From the human T2T-CHM13v2.0 reference genome, Homo sapiens, in NCBI RefSeq assembly GCF_009914755.1, contig NC_060932.1: DNA of 64,000 bases. One strand, written 5' to 3'. Within the stretch, counting starts at the first letter, position 1. Every line of letters begins with the position of its first letter. Made by a program: the position numbers and the translations under genes. This document shows, piece after piece, positions 37,355 through 59,793 of this stretch. The notes below the pieces were generated by a model. It did not search any database. It was not told the DNA's origin and was given only the letters and a program-made list of their open reading frames with translations.

Positions 37355-38047
37355 TAATACTTTAAATTTCTAAGGGACAGTAGAGAAGTACCTTTTTATT
37401 TCTTATTTTGGTAATTTCTTATTTTTCTTCGTCAGTCTAGTTAAAGGTTTGTCCATTTTGTTGATCTTTTCAAAGAATAATCTTGTTTCATTGATTTTCT
37501 TTGTTTTTTTGTTTTCATTTCATTTATTTATGGTTTAATTTTTTTTGTTATTTCTGCTTGCTTTTGGTTAGTTTGTTATCATTGTTTAAATGTCTTAAGA
37601 TGGAAATTTAAGTTACTGATTTGATACCTTCCTCTTCTCTTCTTTTCTTTTCTTTCTACATAGGTACCTAAAGCCACACATTTCTCTACAAGCATTGCTT
37701 TAGCTGGATTCCATAAATTATGCTATGGTGTGTTTTTGTTTTCATTCAGTTAAAATATTTTCTAGTTGTCTTTGCAATTTTTTTGATTCATGGGTTATTT
37801 AGAAGTGTGTTTTTAAATTTTCAAATTTTTGAGGATTTCCTAGGTTTTGTCTCTTGTTGATTCTAATTTAATTCAATTGAAGCAAAAAATGTACTTTTGT
37901 GACTTCAGTTTTATTTTCTGAGACTTTTTGTGGCCTAGAATATGGTCAATCATGAAGAATATTAATTATGCACTTGAAAAGAATATGAATTCTGCAGTTG
38001 TTGGGTTAGTAGTCAGTTAGCTTGTGTTGGCTAATAGTTTCATTTAT

Positions 38048-38684
<637 letters not shown>

Positions 38685-39026
38685 TTATTGTGAGTGGAGT
38701 ACTTAAGTTTCCAAATAGGATTATTGAATTGTCTATTTCTCCTTTCAGTTCTGTCAGTTGTTCTTTCATGTATTTTGAGGCTTGGTATTTAATGTGTGTG
38801 CACTTACAATTTTTATGTCTTTGGGATGCAGTGATGATTTTACTGTTGTGAAACGTCCTTCTTTCTTTCTGATAATATTTCTTGTCTTTAAGCCTATATT
38901 GTCTGATATTAGTATAACTTCTCTTTATGGTTACTATTTACAATATATATATTTCCATTATTTTATTTTCAACCTATTTGTGTATTGAATCTAAGGTGTT
39001 TCCCTTGTAGACATCATGTAATTGGA

Positions 39027-39330
<304 letters not shown>

Positions 39331-40201
39331 CAATCGGAGGTTATTTTTGAGATAGATAGATTGTACCAATCTATTTCTGCTTTTTGGTTTGGATTTCTAG
39401 ATCATTTGCATCAAATATAGGTATTTATATGGTTGAATTTATACTCAATATTTTGCTATTTTTACTACTTATTTTCTTTGTGGTGATCCAGGTATTATAA
39501 TATATCTTAACTATCATGATTTACTTTAGATTAATACTTATTTCTGGTAAAATATAGCAACTTTGCTCCAATATAATGGAATTCTTTCTTCTCTGTACTG
39601 TTCTTGTCACATTATTACATCCATATTTTTTAAACCCAACTATATATCATCATAATTATTGCTTTTTCACAATGCTATATCTTTTAAAGACATTGAAAAG
39701 AGAAATTAGAAAAACTATTAAAGTCTTTTTATGTTAACTCACACATTTACCATTTCTGCTTTTTGAGTTACCATCTGGTGTTATTTCCTATTAGCCTAAA
39801 TAAATTTCTTCAGTATTTCTTGTAAGACAGGACTTTATTTCACCATTTTAAAAGCAGATTTTGCTGGATATAAAATTGTTAGTTGACAGATTTTTTTTTT
39901 TTCTTTCAGCACTTTTTATGTCTTCACTGCCTTCTGGCCTACATTATTTCAAATGAACAATCTGCCACTAATTGTATTAATGCAGCTTCCTTGTATGTGA
40001 TGAGTTTTTTTCTTGATATTTTCAAGATTTTCTCTTTATGTTTGACTTTCAACATATTAAATATGATGTATCTTGGTGTGTATCTTCTTGTATTTTTTTC
40101 TTCTTGAGGTTGGCTGGAATTTTAGATGTGTAGACTACTGTTTTCCTTCAAATTTTGAATGGTTTTGGCCATTATTTGTTCAAATACTTTTTTTCGGACC
40201 A

Positions 40202-40475
40202 TGCTATTGTTGGGATGTTTGTTCTCCCAAACCTCATGTTGCAATTTGACCTCAGTGTTGGAAGTGGGGCCTCATGGGAGGTGTTTGGGTCATGATGTCC
40301 CTCATGAATGGCTTGGTGCCATCCTTATGGTAATTAGTGAATTCTTGATCTGTTAGTTGAGACCTGGCACCTCTCCCTCTCTCTTTCTTCCTCTCTCACC
40401 ATGTGATCTGCTCCCCTTTACCTTCCACCATGGATGGAAGCTTCTTGAGACCCACATCAGAAGCAGATATTGTTG
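40202..40475 (+). mobile_element. MST-type MaLR LTR fragment
   Basis: tgctat..ggatgtttgt..aaacctcatgttg..gggaggtgtttgggtcatg. Confidence 0.75.
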
Positions 40476-42011
40476 TCATGTGCAGAGATGTAATATCTAT
40501 ATGATTTCTTCAACTATAATCAACATCAGTGATGTCTGTGAGTTTCCCAGTGGATTAGGCTATGTTTGTGACTGGGGACTGTGGTGAGGCTTTACCGGGG
40601 ATGGGGAAACCAGGCAAGCCAGTCTACAGTGGTGGCAGTGGCAGGTCAGGTGGATGGGGCCTTGGGCCCTGGGCAGTGTGTGACACCAGCAGTGGCAGTA
40701 GCAGTAGTGGGCCAGTCCTCAGGCTGTCTGGTGGTGCATGTGAACACCATTACGGGTGGCAGTAGGCTGGGTCAGCCAGTTCCCAGGCTCCTGGCTGGTG
40801 CATGTGGGTGGGCACTGGTCAGGGTTGTGGCAGACTAGGCGGGCCATTTTCCAGGCTCCTGGGAGGCATGCATGGGCACTGGTGCTGATAGCAGGTGGGG
40901 CTGGCCAGATATCAGATCCCCGGATAGTGCATGTAGGCACAGTGGTGTTGGGTAGCCTGAGCTTGCCCTCAGGCTCAAGGACTGCGTTTGGGTGGGCCGG
41001 TCCTCAGACTTACTGAAGGCCCATGCAACTGTGCTGTGTCCCTGCTGCTGGGAGCGCGTGAGGTTGCTGTCAGTGCTGGCAGCCCCAGGCAGGTAGCTCT
41101 CAGGTTCTGGGGAGTGCATGCTTCATCTCCCTTTGTCCAGGTGGCAGCCTTCCCAATGTGCTACATCGCCCCTTCTCTGGGGTGTAGGACATTGTGTGGG
41201 CTAGAGTGCTGGGGACCCAGCTGCCCCACTTGTTCCAGCTGGCGTTGCGCTGCTGCAGCCCTCTGGGTGGACATGGGGGGATGTCAGCAGGGCTCCAGGG
41301 CTGAGGAAATGGGGCTGTTGGGTCCCAGGTCAGGATGTAGTCTGTTGGGGCTGGGCTTTCAACATGGTACTGTGCTGCCTCTGCTTGGGTATCGAAGGGT
41401 GAGTGGGACTCAGTGTGAATTCCCAGTCTGAAAGAATTCAGTCACCAGGAGTGCAGGTAGGCAGGGCCCGTGAAGGCTCAGGGGCTCTCCTGTGGCTTGT
41501 ATTGCAGAGCATTCGTGGTGGGACCCTGGACTGTGGAAGATCTCTTGCTTGCTTCTTCCCTACAATGGGGACTTCCTCCTGGCTCTCAGCCAATCCTGGC
41601 CAGGCCAGCTGCTTATTTGCTTGTCTTTCCTTCTAGGCCTCAGAGGTTCCCTGTCACTTCCCTGCTGAATTCTAGTTCTCTCTCCTAGATTCTCTGTTTG
41701 ACATGTGCTTATCTGCTCACTGTTTTGGTACCTCTTTGTTGAGGAGGCAAACACAAATTTACCATTATTGTTTAGTAAATTATCTCATGGCCTCCGATAA
41801 TCAACTCCTCTACACTCTTTAAAGATCTACCTAAACTTCTGTATATAGTCTGCAAATAAAAGGTATTTCATGATAACTCCCATAGTGAAAGTACAGCTAA
41901 ACAAAGTATTATCTGGGACACTAATAATAATTACTAAGTTTTGGGTTTGAGAAAAATATTCATCCAAGAACTGCTTGCACATCAAATCCACCTTAAAAAA
42001 AGATAAAGATG

Positions 42012-42378
<367 letters not shown>

Positions 42379-42514
42379 CTAGTGTCGCCAATGCAAATTT
42401 AAAAAGTAGGATGCCCTGCTGTTTCAGGGTTAGGGTTTTCTCTTTGGTCCTTCTGCCTTATATTTGCCATATGCCTGTTATGCTTCTTTTGTTTTCTCGA
42501 TTTATGTCTGGTTT

Positions 42515-43050
42515 TTCTTTTTTAAAAATAAACTTCTGAAAATTTGGAATAATTTTAGATATACAGAAAAATTGCTAAAAGACTACAGAGTTCCCATATA
42601 TACTGTTCACTCAGTTTCCTGTAATGTTAGCTCTTATATAGCCACATGAATACATTATATTTATTAAATACAAGAAATTAGTATTGATACATTACTAGTA
42701 AGGAAACTACTTTCTTTGGATTTCTGGATTTCAACTAGTTTGTCTTCTACTGTCCATTTTGTTCCGGGATCCAATCCAGAATACTACCCAGCATGCCCCC
42801 TCCCAGGCTCCTTTGCTCTGTTTCTCAGTCTTTCCTTGAATTTCATGACCTTGACAGTTCTGAGGAGGTCAGGTACTTTGTAGAACACCCCTCAATTTGG
42901 ATTTGTCTGATATTTTCTCATGTTCAGTGAATTTTAGGGAAGATTAACATAGAGATGAGGTGCTCTCCTCATGACATCATATCATGGGGTACATGATATC
43001 AAGTTGAGTTATCACCAATAATGTTGACGATCTGGTTTCATTTCTGACCT
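42515..43050 (-). mobile_element. L1MC-type 3' end fragment
   Basis: ttttagatatacagaaaaattg..gagttcccatata..ccaatccagaatac motifs. Confidence 0.65.
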
Positions 43051-43795
43051 GGAAACAAACTGCCTCATTCTTCTTTGATCTGTATGGTACCCTGGTTGCT
43101 TCTTATTTTCAGAGATCCTGGAATGCTTATCCTTTTTCTGTGTTTTGATATTTGTGTCCTTTTCATTTCTATATGTTTTAACTAATTTTTTCTCTGTTTC
43201 TCTACCTCTTGCTTTTCACGTGTTCCCTTTTGCTCTATAAAATCTCATCACTGAGGTTCACTGACCTACAGATATTCCAACCTATTGTCATCCATATTCT
43301 AACTTGAAAATAGTAGAGATAAAGTCAAAGACAATATTAAATTTTGTTCAATAATCTTCTGTTTAAAATATAGGGAACAGACAATACATCTTAGGAGGGT
43401 TTTTAAGAAAATGGTTAAATAATTTTTATGGTGGACAGAGTAAGCTTCACTGATGTAGAATATCCTCTTATCCCAATGATGCCACCTAAATAGGTATTTT
43501 AGTGTAGCACGTGACCTATTCATTCATAAGAGGTTACAGGTTAGTTACAGGTAGATTTTTAATCCTATGTAAATCCTTAGACTGGGTTTATTTGTGTGGA
43601 AATAGTAAAAACCATTATAAAATAAGTAAATATTAAATTTTTTGATGTGTTGTTGCACATTTTAAATCACATGTAGTCTGAGAAATGTAATGAAGATGTT
43701 TTAAGCATTGTTTGGACAGATTAATTGATATAAAACTGTTGTTTTGCTTCTTGTATTAAATTTGTCTTCACTCTCAGTTGTTTTGAATTCTCTAG

Positions 43796-43857
43796 GAACA
43801 AATATCCTATATTATTCCAATAGATGAGAAACTGTACACTGTGCACCTTAAACAAAG
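43796..43857 (+). CDS. ADAM32: ADAM32 exon 3 (prodomain)
   Basis: tctctag acceptor; EQISYIIPIDEKLYTVHLKQ+AG; donor GTAAAT. Confidence 0.95.
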
Positions 43858-44623
43858 GTAAATTTTTATTCTTTAGTTTTGGATTTTATTTTATTTCTAT
43901 GAAGCTGTTTACTTGCAATAGAAAATGGAGTATGAGAAAAATACATGGAATTATTAACTTTTTTAATTGTCTTAAGTGAAGAGATGCTGTCCTGTGACTT
44001 AATTAAATTTTGGTTTTAATGTCTCAAGTATTCTTTGGTAAATGGGAGTTAGGACAAAAAACAGGGACTTATCTCCTGAAGACTGATTTATGATATTAAG
44101 TTGGCAGGACCAGCAGGACCTATATCATCAGGGCAGATGTCACAAAAATAAGTAAATCTGTAGCTGGTTTATATCAGTTAGGGTTTTATCAGAGAAGTGG
44201 GATGACCATGAGTAATATGGGACAGGGATTTAATACAGACCTTATAGTGTTGCAGAGCTGGCGAATAGTTTATGGAAAATAGTCCTAGCTATATGCCACT
44301 CTTCAGAGAATTATTAAATAATTGAAATAATTTTCTATAGGGTTTAATTCTCTGATGCAAGCCCAGTTGGGAAAGGCTGGCTTGGAAGTAATTTGTGACA
44401 TTCAAGAGGACAGCTTCAGCTAAACTAGTAAAACTAGACTACATGGCATTGGAGAGAGGTGGATTATGAGAAACTAGAGGTAGCAATTATAGACTTTTTC
44501 AAAAACATCCCTCAGAGAAAAAAGAGGCTTACATGAATATTTTTGAAGAAAGAGAAAACAAAGTATTTTGATTGATGGAAAATTTCTTAAGGAGAAGAAA
44601 AGAGAGATGAAAGATGTAAACAA

Positions 44624-44996
<373 letters not shown>

Positions 44997-45309
44997 TTAG
45001 GCAGAAGAGAAAAAGAATATGGTGGATGATAACGCAAAGATCTTTGTGAAGAGTATGAAGGAAAGTTAGAGAGCTCACATTGCATTTGAACATCTTACTA
45101 AGACTATAAGCAGTGTTGAGAAATTGAGAGACCAGAGCTTGGGAGAGGGATAGGGCATGTGTATATCGTTTTGAGAAATTAACTGCTTAATGATTATGAT
45201 AGCCTAACGACCATTAGGAAGCTACTGCAAATAGTTTATATGAAAAATAATGAGAAGCAGAACTATGACTACATAGAGATAGGGAGTTTCCTTTTTTTGT
45301 GTGTATGTT

Positions 45310-51505
<6,196 letters not shown>

Positions 51506-51749
51506 CCTTTTCCTGTTTTTGAGAAATGCTGATGTGGCAGAAAAAAGATGTAGTAACAGATTGACTATAGTGGTGGCAGGGATTTGGTAGGGTAGAGGGA
51601 GGATGAGAACAGACCTGAGTCAGGTATTATGGCTCCCTGTTGGAGATGCTGGGTATGAAGTGCTTGTGGGATATCCCACAGGGGGAAATATCCTGATGGC
51701 AGTTAATTTAGTTTAGAATGGGGGAGAGAAGTGTGAGTATCCACATTCT

Positions 51750-52560
51750 TTCATGATGTAAACTCTCTGCAAATTAGGCCTAGAAGAGATATACCTTAAC
51801 ACAATAAAGGTCATATATGACAAAGCCATAGCTAACATCATACTCAGTGGTAAAAAGTTGAAAGTTTTTCATCTAATATCAGGAACAAGATTAGGATGCC
51901 TATTTTCCTTCACCTCTTCTATTCAACATAGTATTGGAAGTCCTAGCCACAGCAATTAGGCAAGAACAATGAATAAAAGGCATCCTAATGGGAAAGAGAA
52001 ATGTTAAATTGTTCCTGTTGCAGGTGACATGATCTTATATGTAGATTACTTATAGAAGACCCTAAAGACTCCACCAAAATTTGTTAGAACCAATAGACAA
52101 GTTCAGTGAAGTTGTGGGATATAAAATCAACATACAAAAATCATAGCATTTCTATACATTAATAAGAAATTTTCCAAAAATGAAATCAAGAAAACAACCC
52201 CATGTACAATAGCTACAAAAAATAAAATACTTAGGAGTAAGTTAACCAAGGAGGTGAAAGATCTGTATACTGAGAGCTAGAAAACATGATGAAAGGAATT
52301 GAGGAAGACACAAATATATGGAAAGAACATGGATTGGAAGAGTTAATATTGTTAAAATGTCCATACTGTCCAAAATGATACACAAATTCAATGCAATCCC
52401 TACCAAAATTCCAATGACATTTTTCACAGAAATAGTAAATTCCTATGGAACCCCAAAAGGCCCTGAATAGCCAAGGCACTACTGAACAAAAAGAACAAAG
52501 CTGGAGGCATCACACTACCTGAATTCAAATATATTGCAAAGCTATAATACTAAAAGCAAC
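51750..52560 (+). mobile_element. Sense-oriented old L1 ORF2 fragment
   Basis: ttcaacatagtattggaagtcctagcc, gcaggtgacatgatctta, ctggaggcatcacactacc. Confidence 0.85.
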
Positions 52561-52829
52561 CTTTTTATATAAGTAGTAAATTAAACCACAGAAATGAACA
52601 AGATAAATCTATACAGGTGGGGGTGAATGTTAAAAGTAAGAAAGAGAAACAGCCTAGAATTGAATGCCATGGAAACATTTAAGGGATGAAGGAAGGATCC
52701 AAATAAAGGGACTTAGAAACGTAGAAAGACAGGAGAACCAGGAGGAAGTGGTATCTATCATTATCACTGAAGAAGAGATGGTTTCAAGAAGGGGAATGTG
52801 GTCCACAGTATGAAGTACTTGAGAGTATT

Positions 52830-53172
52830 TTATTTATTTATTTTTTTGTTTAATGTATTTTAAAATTATTTTTATTATTTATTTATTTTTGAGACAGGGT
52901 CTCTCTCTGTCACCCAGGTTGGAAAGCAGTGGTGGCATCTCAGCTCACTGCAGCCTTGAACTCCTGGCTCAAGTGATCCTGTTGCCTCAGCCTCCCAAGT
53001 AGCTGGGACCACATGAGCAGACCACCACACCTGGCTAATTTTGGTATTTTTGGTAGAGATGAGGTTTCGCCTTGTTACCCAGGCTGGTCTCGAACTCCTG
53101 AGCCCAAAGCAATCCCTCCACCTCGGCCTCCCTAAGTTTTGGGATTACAGGAGTGAGCCACCCCGCCTGGCT
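52830..53172 (-). mobile_element. Alu (J-like)
   Basis: Antisense dimer; TSD gagtattttt. Confidence 0.92.
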
Positions 53173-53551
53173 GCTTCAGAGTATTTTTACTTGACATAAT
53201 ACTGTCTTTTGGATTGGACACTCAGGAGGTCATTAGTAATTTTTGTGAGATCAGTTTGAGTGGAGGCTTTCCAACAGAAGCTAGTGTGAGTGGCCTAATT
53301 AAGTGACGGTGGGTTGAAGAGTGAACATGAAGTGAGGAAGCATAACTAAAATAGCATCATGAGTACAGGGATTAATACCAAAGTTGAACTTAGACTGGAC
53401 GTTTCAGTACATATGCTCAGATGAATATGACCTTTATGCAATACTCTTCCACTTCATTATCAAAGTAATATATGTGCATAGTAATAAAGCTTTAGAAAGA
53501 ATGTAAGAACAGAAAACTCTTACAATCCAACATCCAGTTTATGTCTATTAA

Positions 53552-53851
<300 letters not shown>

Positions 53852-53997
53852 TCTTTTACATTTTAGAATGCTCTTCTTTTAGTCTCTTCTTTTTTTCTTA
53901 AAAGGAGTCCATTAAGGTAGGAAAACTATTTTGAGTAAACGTATATTGCTTTAAGTAAACATTAAATATATGTCAAAAGAAAATACTACCTTTATAT

Positions 53998-54195
53998 CAG
54001 GTTGACAGACGTTTTCTCTAAAGATTCAGATAGTAAATGTTTTAGACTTTGAAGGCCATATGTTCTTTGTCAAAACTAGTTAATCTCTCATCTTACAGCA
54101 TGAAAAGAGCCATGACAATATGTGGGTGAATGGGTATGGCTGTGTTTCAATAAACCTTTATTTACAAAACAGAGGGTGGGTCAGATTTTGGCTGA
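53998..54195 (+). mobile_element. MER58A (hAT-Charlie family)
   Basis: cagatagtaaatgttttagacttt..gaatgggtatggctgtgtttcaataaac matches MER58A. Confidence 0.8.
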
Positions 54196-54270
54196 GAGTG
54201 TTAAGTTTACTATGTTTTTATATGTTTCAAAAAGAATAATTAAAAAAATTTCCTCTTTTTTTATATTCAG

Positions 54271-54346
54271 ATATTTTTTAGCAGATAATTTTATGATCTA
54301 TTTGTACAATCAAGGATCTATGAATACTTATTCTTCAGATATTCAG
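54271..54346 (+). CDS. ADAM32: ADAM32 exon 4 (prodomain)
   Basis: attcag acceptor; (R)YFLADNFMIYLYNQGSMNTYSSDIQ; donor GTAAGA. Confidence 0.95.
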
Positions 54347-54699
54347 GTAAGATTTAAATTCTGTGTTTTATAGTTTTTTTTAAATTTTTTTACATTAAAT
54401 AAATGCTTTATTATACAGAAGGCTCTCAAGATTCACAGGGGATATATTTAAGACATTTGTTGATTAATGATCAGGGTTTCCTGAAGTTTTGGTAAAGACA
54501 AATTAGATTGACTTAGCACCTTTCCCATTGCTGAGAACATAGTCACTATTTTTTAATTTAATTGATATTTTGTTAAATAAAATATTTATTATTTATATTT
54601 TGTTTGTAAGAATATAAATTAAATAACAAGAAAAGTGGACATGAATGTTATGAGACACAAATCACAGATCAAAAACTCTTTGTTTTTTTCTTAACTCTT

Positions 54700-55830
54700 C
54701 CTCATCTCATCCATTATTTATACATCCATAAATCCTACTGACCCTGCCCTTCAAACTAAGTGTCCAGCATCCACCTTCTTCCTCTGCCTTCACCCACTGA
54801 GACCACCCATTTCCAAGTAAACATCATCTCTAGTTTGGATCATTGCCATAACTTCCTGAATAATCTCCCTGCTTCCTCACCTGTCCATCCCTTCATTTTA
54901 TTTATTTATCCCTTTATTTTATTCATTTATTTTTGTTTTTATTTATTTATTTTGCCCAGGCTAGAGTGCAATGGTGCGATCTTGGCTCACTGAAACCTCC
55001 ACCTCCTGGGTTCAAGTGATTCTCCTGCCTCAGCCTCCCGAGTATTTGGGATTACAGGCATGCACCACCATGCCCAGCTAATTTTCTATCTAAACCCTAT
55101 CAAGAGATAGGGTTTCACCATGTTGGCCAGGCTTGTCTCGAACCCCTGACCTCAGGTGATCCACCTGCCTTGGCCTCCCACAGTGCTAGGATTACAGGTG
55201 TGAGCCACCGCACCCAGCCTCAGTCAGTTCTCAACATGGTGACCATATTGATCCTGTTAAGACATAGTCAGATTACCCTGCTTCTCTGCTCAGAACCCTG
55301 CATGAATGGCTTCCCACCACTTACAGAGTGAAAGCCAGAGTCACCTGGTTCCCTTTTACCTCTCTGACCTCATTTCCTATTATTCTCTACCTCATTCACT
55401 TTGTTCCAGCATTGTTGTTCTTCAAATATAATAGCTATGTTCTCCTTTCAAAGACTTCATACTTTCTATTTCCTGGTATCCAAATGCTTGTTCTTTCCCA
55501 ACAGACCCATATGTTTTTCATCCTCATTTCCTTCAGGTCTTTACTCAAAATCACCCTATTAGTCGTTGACTAACCCCTACTTTAAATTGGTCTCTTACTC
55601 TTAATACTCTATTTCCTTTACCTTTTTTTTTTTGCCTTTTTCCCATGGCAGTTATCAATACATGATGTATCATATATATTCTATTTATTTACTTTATTTT
55701 CTGTCTCCCCAGTGCAATATAATCATCCCGAGGGCAGGGCTTTTGGTCTGTTTTATTTACTGATGTAACACCAGTGCCTAGAAAAGTGCCTAGCACATAC
55801 TTGGAATATAATAAAAATTTGCTGAAATAT
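54700..55830 (+). mobile_element. L2 fragment with an Alu inserted at 54895-55219 (-)
   Basis: catcatctc..ggat..tgc..cctgcttc, gagggcaggg..ccagtgcctagaa..gtgcct L2 3' motifs. Confidence 0.75.
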
Positions 55831-56930
55831 TAAATTAGATATGTTGCTTCACTTACATTGGATGGGATCATCATTTTGCTTTATTGCTCCCTTTTCCTTC
55901 CCTTAGTTCCATCATAAAGCAGTGTGTTAATAAGAAATCTTAACCTTATTTATAATAAAATTTATAGCACCATTGAATATTGGAAATTATATAATTTTCA
56001 CATCTGTGACAATGTTTGTGACTCTGTGTGTCTCTAGCTTGATTGTACTGTGCTCAGAGACCAACTCTATACAATTTAATTCCTTTGTAATCTATTGAGT
56101 CCTGCTTTATGGCCTGGAGTATGGTTTCTATTTTGTAGATGTTCCATGAGTGTTTAGAAAGCATATATTCTAAAGTTTTTAGGTATAGTATTTTGCATAT
56201 GTTAACTAGGTCATACTAACCACGTTGTCCAAACCTTCTGTAGATTCTGAACACTTGATCTATCAGTCACTAAGAGAAATTAACTTTAAAAAACTTTTTT
56301 ATAACTGTAGATTTTTTAATTTTTACTATTCTTTCAATTGTGACTTTATATATTTTGAAGCTGTGTTATTAAGTGAATGCCAATTTGGAATATTTATGTC
56401 TTCCTGGCAAATTGAAATGCTTATCATTACCAAATGTCCCTGTTTATCTCTAGTAATGTTTCTGGCCTTAAAGTCCACATTTCCTCTCTTAGTGCAAATT
56501 CAGCATCATCCTTTTGGTTTGTGTTGGCATCTAGCCCTTCAATCTTCCTGTGTCATTGCATTTTTATGACTCTTTTTTAGCATCATATTAATTGAGTTTT
56601 TAAAGAAATCCAGATTCATCATCTTTGTCTTTTAATTGAGGATCTAAATTTATGTACTGGAAGATATTTTTACCTAAAACATGAGACAACATTTTGGAAG
56701 CAGGGTGTAAAATAGTAATCTCAAGTCATAATCTATTATAAAGTGTAGTTAACATAGTGTAAGTGGCAATTATGGGGAGAATTTTTTTCTGAATTTCACC
56801 TTACTTGTACTGATATAAATCACGGAGCCTGTGAAAAATATTCAGAAGGTTCTATCAAGTATAGAAGTAGGAAATCACTAGAAAGTTTTGTTACTTCCTA
56901 AGTGACTACTTTACTTTTTTTCTTTCCTAG

Positions 56931-57007
56931 ACTCAATGCTACTATCAAGGAAATATTGAAGGATATCCAGATTCCATGGTCACACTCAGCACGTGCTCTG
57001 GACTAAG
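56931..57007 (+). CDS. ADAM32: ADAM32 exon 5 (prodomain)
   Basis: ttcctag acceptor; [25 protein letters not shown]+AG carries the ADAM prodomain CYYQG..STCSGLRG motif; donor GTTGTT. Confidence 0.96.
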
Positions 57008-58418
57008 GTTGTTTTCTGTTGTTGATTACAGAACACCTTAGTTATGATATTTGGCTGCAGTGAATTTGTTCTCTTTGTATTAAGTGTGGGGTTGAAGGAG
57101 CTTTCCTATGTGGAGATTATTTAATGATATCCCCCTCTGAACATGTTTCCAATTCTCTTATTTCTCCTCACTTTCCTCAGTGACCAGAGACATTTCTAAC
57201 CTTTTCAAAGGTTTAGATTTCCTAGTCTCCTTGCTCTATGTCTTACGTTTCCTTAACCACAGAAAAGACAATTGAACATGTTTGACTACAAGTGTTTTAG
57301 GAGCTAAGTTTAGGACAGCTCAGTCACTGTCTTGGAAAACAGGGAAATTAATCACTGTAATGCTGTATACTTGCACACTTAGCAATTGATTAGGTAATTT
57401 CTGCTGCTTTTGTAACTATAAAAAAGTGAAATGGAGAGCTGGTTTTGTAGATTAGGGTAATCTTTTATCTTCTCAGAGTCATCTCTAAGACAGGTTTGAG
57501 TCAAAATACTGGACTGAAAATGTATTTATGTTACCCACCATGTGTTTTAATGTTGGAGATATGAAGATAAAGAAGAGATGCTTTTTCTCAAGGAAATCAT
57601 CTTCAGACTGAGGAGGCAAATTATATAAAAACAAATAATTTTTAATACTCATAAAAATACTCATTTTTCTGATGATATTATTATCTTGAGCTCTTCAAGA
57701 ATTACTGGGTTTCCTCCTTACGGCTTAGGGAGTTTTCCATTCTGTCAGGAAATTTTCCACCTTCATTTTGTAGTGTAGGGTGTTTGTTTTCACAAACAAA
57801 TGTTCTTCTTCAGTGCTTCCTACATAGAAGCCTGAAATTTGGATCTGAAATTTATATTTTAGGGAGTAGTGACTTGGGCTGCCACCTGTATTCACAGAAA
57901 AATAGTGATACAAGTCATTTACTCTTTAAAATCTTGCTTTTAATTTCTTATTCAGACTATATAAGCAAAAGTAACAAATATTTCATAATTCTGCCAAATT
58001 TTATTTTTAAAAGTAAAGTTTCTTATTATATACATTTGTCATATATGCAGTATAATCATTTTTCAAAAGCATGGCAAGCCAGAGAGAAAGTCATCATGAT
58101 TTCTGTTTACAATTGCTTTAATTGAGACACTGACTTGGAAAACAATAGAATTACTCAATTACTGTTATGCTATATACTTGTGTACCTAGCAATTGATTAA
58201 GTAACTTCTGCTGCTCTTACAACTATACAAAAACGAAATAGAAAATGGGTTTTGTGGATTTGGGAAATCTTTTGTCTCTTCAGAGTCATCTCTAAGACAG
58301 AATTCAGAAAAAAATACTGGACTCAAAACGTTTTATTTTTTTTTCTTTTGGATTTTGTCAGAAATTCATTATATAGATTTGATTAAAAGCACTTAAAATT
58401 GTATTCATAATTTCACAG

Positions 58419-58590
58419 AGGAATACTGCAATTTGAAAATGTTTCTTATGGAATTGAGCCTCTGGAATCTGCAGTTGAATTTCAGCATGTTCTTTACAAA
58501 TTAAAGAATGAAGACAATGATATTGCAATTTTTATTGACAGAAGCCTGAAAGAACAACCAATGGATGACAACATTTTTATAAGTGAAAAA
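58419..58590 (+). CDS. ADAM32: ADAM32 exon 6 (prodomain)
   Basis: ttcacag acceptor; (R)GILQFENVSYGIEPLESAVEFQHVLYKLKNEDNDIAIFIDRSLKEQPMDDNIFISEK; donor GTGAGT. Confidence 0.96.
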
Positions 58591-58707
58591 GTGAGTTGTA
58601 TATGTTTTATTACTACTTTTAAAGCAGTTATTACTTCCATTTAATTTATTTAAAAAATAAATTTATAAGCCCACTGTAGAATTGTAGCAAATATCCTTTC
58701 CTTGTGA

Positions 58708-59005
<298 letters not shown>

Positions 59006-59395
59006 TGTTCATCTTTCTGTTACCTAACAATTTCCTTGAAACCATACTTTTTATGATTCACTTTATTTTTGTTCTTATTTTGCTTGTTACATTCTTATTA
59101 CTTTCCAAAAATTCCCTCTTGTATATGCAATATAAACTTTAAAAACTCAGTTCCTGCTTTTGCTCCTACATTCCTGGAAGTTACTCAATAAAGTCAATAA
59201 TTTTAAAGGTTATATTCATGACCAACGAGTCAGCATTAATTAAATCATAGATATAATTAAAATGTCATAAACAGAATTGCCGGTTATGGTCATGTAAATT
59301 GTTCAGTGAACACACTATGTAACTGCATGTGTTGGTGCTTACACAAGCAATTGTGAAAGAGAAAATTTTTATACCAAGTAACATTGGCATAACTA

Positions 59396-59793
<398 letters not shown>

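Noticed and set aside
40560-41690. GC-rich block with many overlapping ORFs resembling a gene or promoter
   Set aside because: CpG-depleted, no recognisable domain or exon chain; consistent with an old L1 5' region
54122-54373. 83-aa ORF spanning exon 4 as an extended exon
   Set aside because: Upstream part is MER58A plus polypyrimidine tract; splice sites delimit 54271-54346
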